Assembly (NCBI RefSeq): GCF_006345805.1 | Contig: NC_043002.1 | Coordinates: forward strand, 74,028,001 to 74,092,000 | DNA length: 64,000 nucleotides | Reading direction: 5' to 3' | Origin: Octopus sinensis | Lineage: Eukaryota | Shown: positions 62,013 to 64,000 of the stretch, one piece after another | Layout: every line of letters begins with the position of its first letter | Numbering within the stretch: position 1 is the first letter of the stretch | Program-made: the position numbers and the translations under genes | Notes under the pieces: model-generated | What the model was told of the DNA's origin: nothing | What the model saw: the letters and a program-made list of their open reading frames with translations, nothing else | The model's database searches: none

Positions 62013-64000
62013 ATTAGCAATATAATCAATATTAACACCAAGAGGCAATATTTATCCCCACTTAAACGTGGATGTTCTGTAAGAACAAACTATACTGTGG
62101 TAGTTACCATGGGACAAACTCATATATTGGCTTTTGGTACAAAATGGTCTCTTTTACTCTTTTACTTGTCACAGTCATTTGACTGCGGCCATGCTGGAGC
62201 ACTGCCTTTAGTTGAACAAATCGACCCCAAGACTTAATCTTTGTAAATCTAGTACATATTGCATCAGTCTCTTTTGCTGAACTGCTAAGTTACAGGGATG
62301 TAAACACACCAACCTCAGTTGCCAAGCGATAGTAGTGGGGACAAACACAGACACACAAATACATATATATATGATGGGCTTCTTACACTTTCTGTCTACC
62401 AAATTCACTCACAAGACTGTGGTCTGCCTGAGGCTATAGAAGACTCTTGTCCAAGGTACTACACAGTGGGACTGAACCAGGAACCATGTGGTTGGGAAGC
62501 AAGCTTCTTACCCCACAGCCATGCCACCTCCAATACTGAGACAAGCAGATCATATGATATCAATCTTCCTTGGTCTTGTCAATGACGGATGCTCAATCAG
62601 TAGGGATATCAGTGATTCATCTTCCCACCATCAATATATAAAACAACAGTTTCAGAACAGGCGCTAGTGTTGTGATTAACCAGTGGGCTTGTTAAAAAGA
62701 TTTATATTAGCGTCAGAAACAGTATTAATACAGAGAGGTAATTTTGTCCCCACTTAATTGTGAATGTTCTATTAGAACAAGCTGTACTGCAGTAGTTACC
62801 CCAAGAGAAACTCTCATATTGGTTTTTGGTGCAAATGCACTCTTGTTTATATCGCTAGCGGGGAGATAAATCCCCACCATCTCCAGCACTGAGACCACCA
62901 GATCACTTGTTTCAAAAACTTTGAAAGTTTCATAAGACTCAGGTTAAACATAGTTCTCTGAATTATCCCCTGGTAGGATGCCAGTATGTCACAGGTAACA
63001 TTCACAGAATATCGGGTACTTTTCTCAACAGGTGAATTTAGGGACACAAAAGGCTTGCAGCTAATTTGAACATAAAATCTATGAACTGTTAATCTCACCT
63101 GTGTGGCCTCTTCCTTTACTACCTATTAATTTTTAATACCAAATCAAGTGTTAGTACTCATTACTTCCATTTATCTGCAGTTCATTACCTGTTTAGATTA
63201 AAATCTTGAAGTTGAATTAAAACTGATTTCATTCTCTCTTACTTTATACCTAATTTGATAGGTAATTCTTACATTAGGACTGACATTTAATCTCCTTTTA
63301 AAGATTCTCAAAAAGCTAATTATAAATCCAGATATTATCACAAGGTAACAGGATTTTCCTATATCACATATAATAAAAAAAGAAAAAAACGTACTAACAG
63401 CAATAATAATAATCGTCACCACCCACTAGCATCCCACAACACACTGAAGCTTCGTCTAACTCACCTCACATGAGATTATTTTTGCTCAGTATTGTGGCAT
63501 GTCTTCTTTTACCTATAAGTTAGAACGTCTTGGATATATCATATGTACTGCTTAAACCTAAGTAAAGCTTCTGAGTTCTTATATTACTTAGACAGGTATA
63601 ACCAATTAGTCTCTTCTTTTAGTTGATTTGCTTATTTTTAATTATATCATATAACTTACTTCATTTTTGAATATAGCAGATTTACAAATGATGAAAAATT
63701 TAATATATTTTTGCACTTTCATACATTTTTCAGCATAAAGTAAGAAGAAAGTATGTCAATTTTGAACATATTCCCTCATCAATTTCAGAAGCTGCTATAC
63801 TAATAAGATTTCTAAAATTGGAACAACTCACATTTTCCATCTCCTCCCAGTACCACCCTATGAAAATAAACTTACAGCCCTATCCACGTGTGACTGCACA
63901 GGGTTCTTAAATTTTCTGCAGCAGTCTGAAGCTAGAATTTACAATGATCTATATCAGAAACCTTAAAAATAGCAACAGCGAGGGTTTCTTCTGCAGTTTC

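Noticed and set aside
63100-63520. Several minus-strand donor and acceptor motifs (GTGAGA near 63098, GTAATG near 63188, GTGAGT near 63463)
   Set aside because: No consistent open frame linking them to the 60218 exon could be established.

Overview
AT-rich, microsatellite-dense animal genomic DNA. The SINE and RTE-LINE repeat families look like those of octopus; this is recognition only, no search was run. Most of the window is repeats: several tRNA-type SINE families, many 3'-end copies plus one 3.4 kb frameshifted copy of an RTE LINE, two R4/Dong-type (RLE endonuclease) fragments, two CR1/L2-like fragments, five Tc1/mariner/maT relics, a decayed hAT transposase split by an RTE insertion, a non-autonomous Helitron and several fold-back elements. 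No intact autonomous element is visible. A few short exons with canonical splice sites suggest an unidentified protein-coding gene on the minus strand with very long introns. Nearly all ORFs in the supplied track are microsatellite or repeat artefacts. The most striking unannotated signals are (1) type I hammerhead ribozyme motifs from several unrelated repeat families, including two intact ones 512 nt apart in a near-identical tandem repeat at 48.46-49.61 kb (retrozyme or Penelope pLTR-like), and (2) a fold-back element with ~280 bp inverted arms enclosing a TTAGGG telomere-like array at 33.2-34.0 kb.
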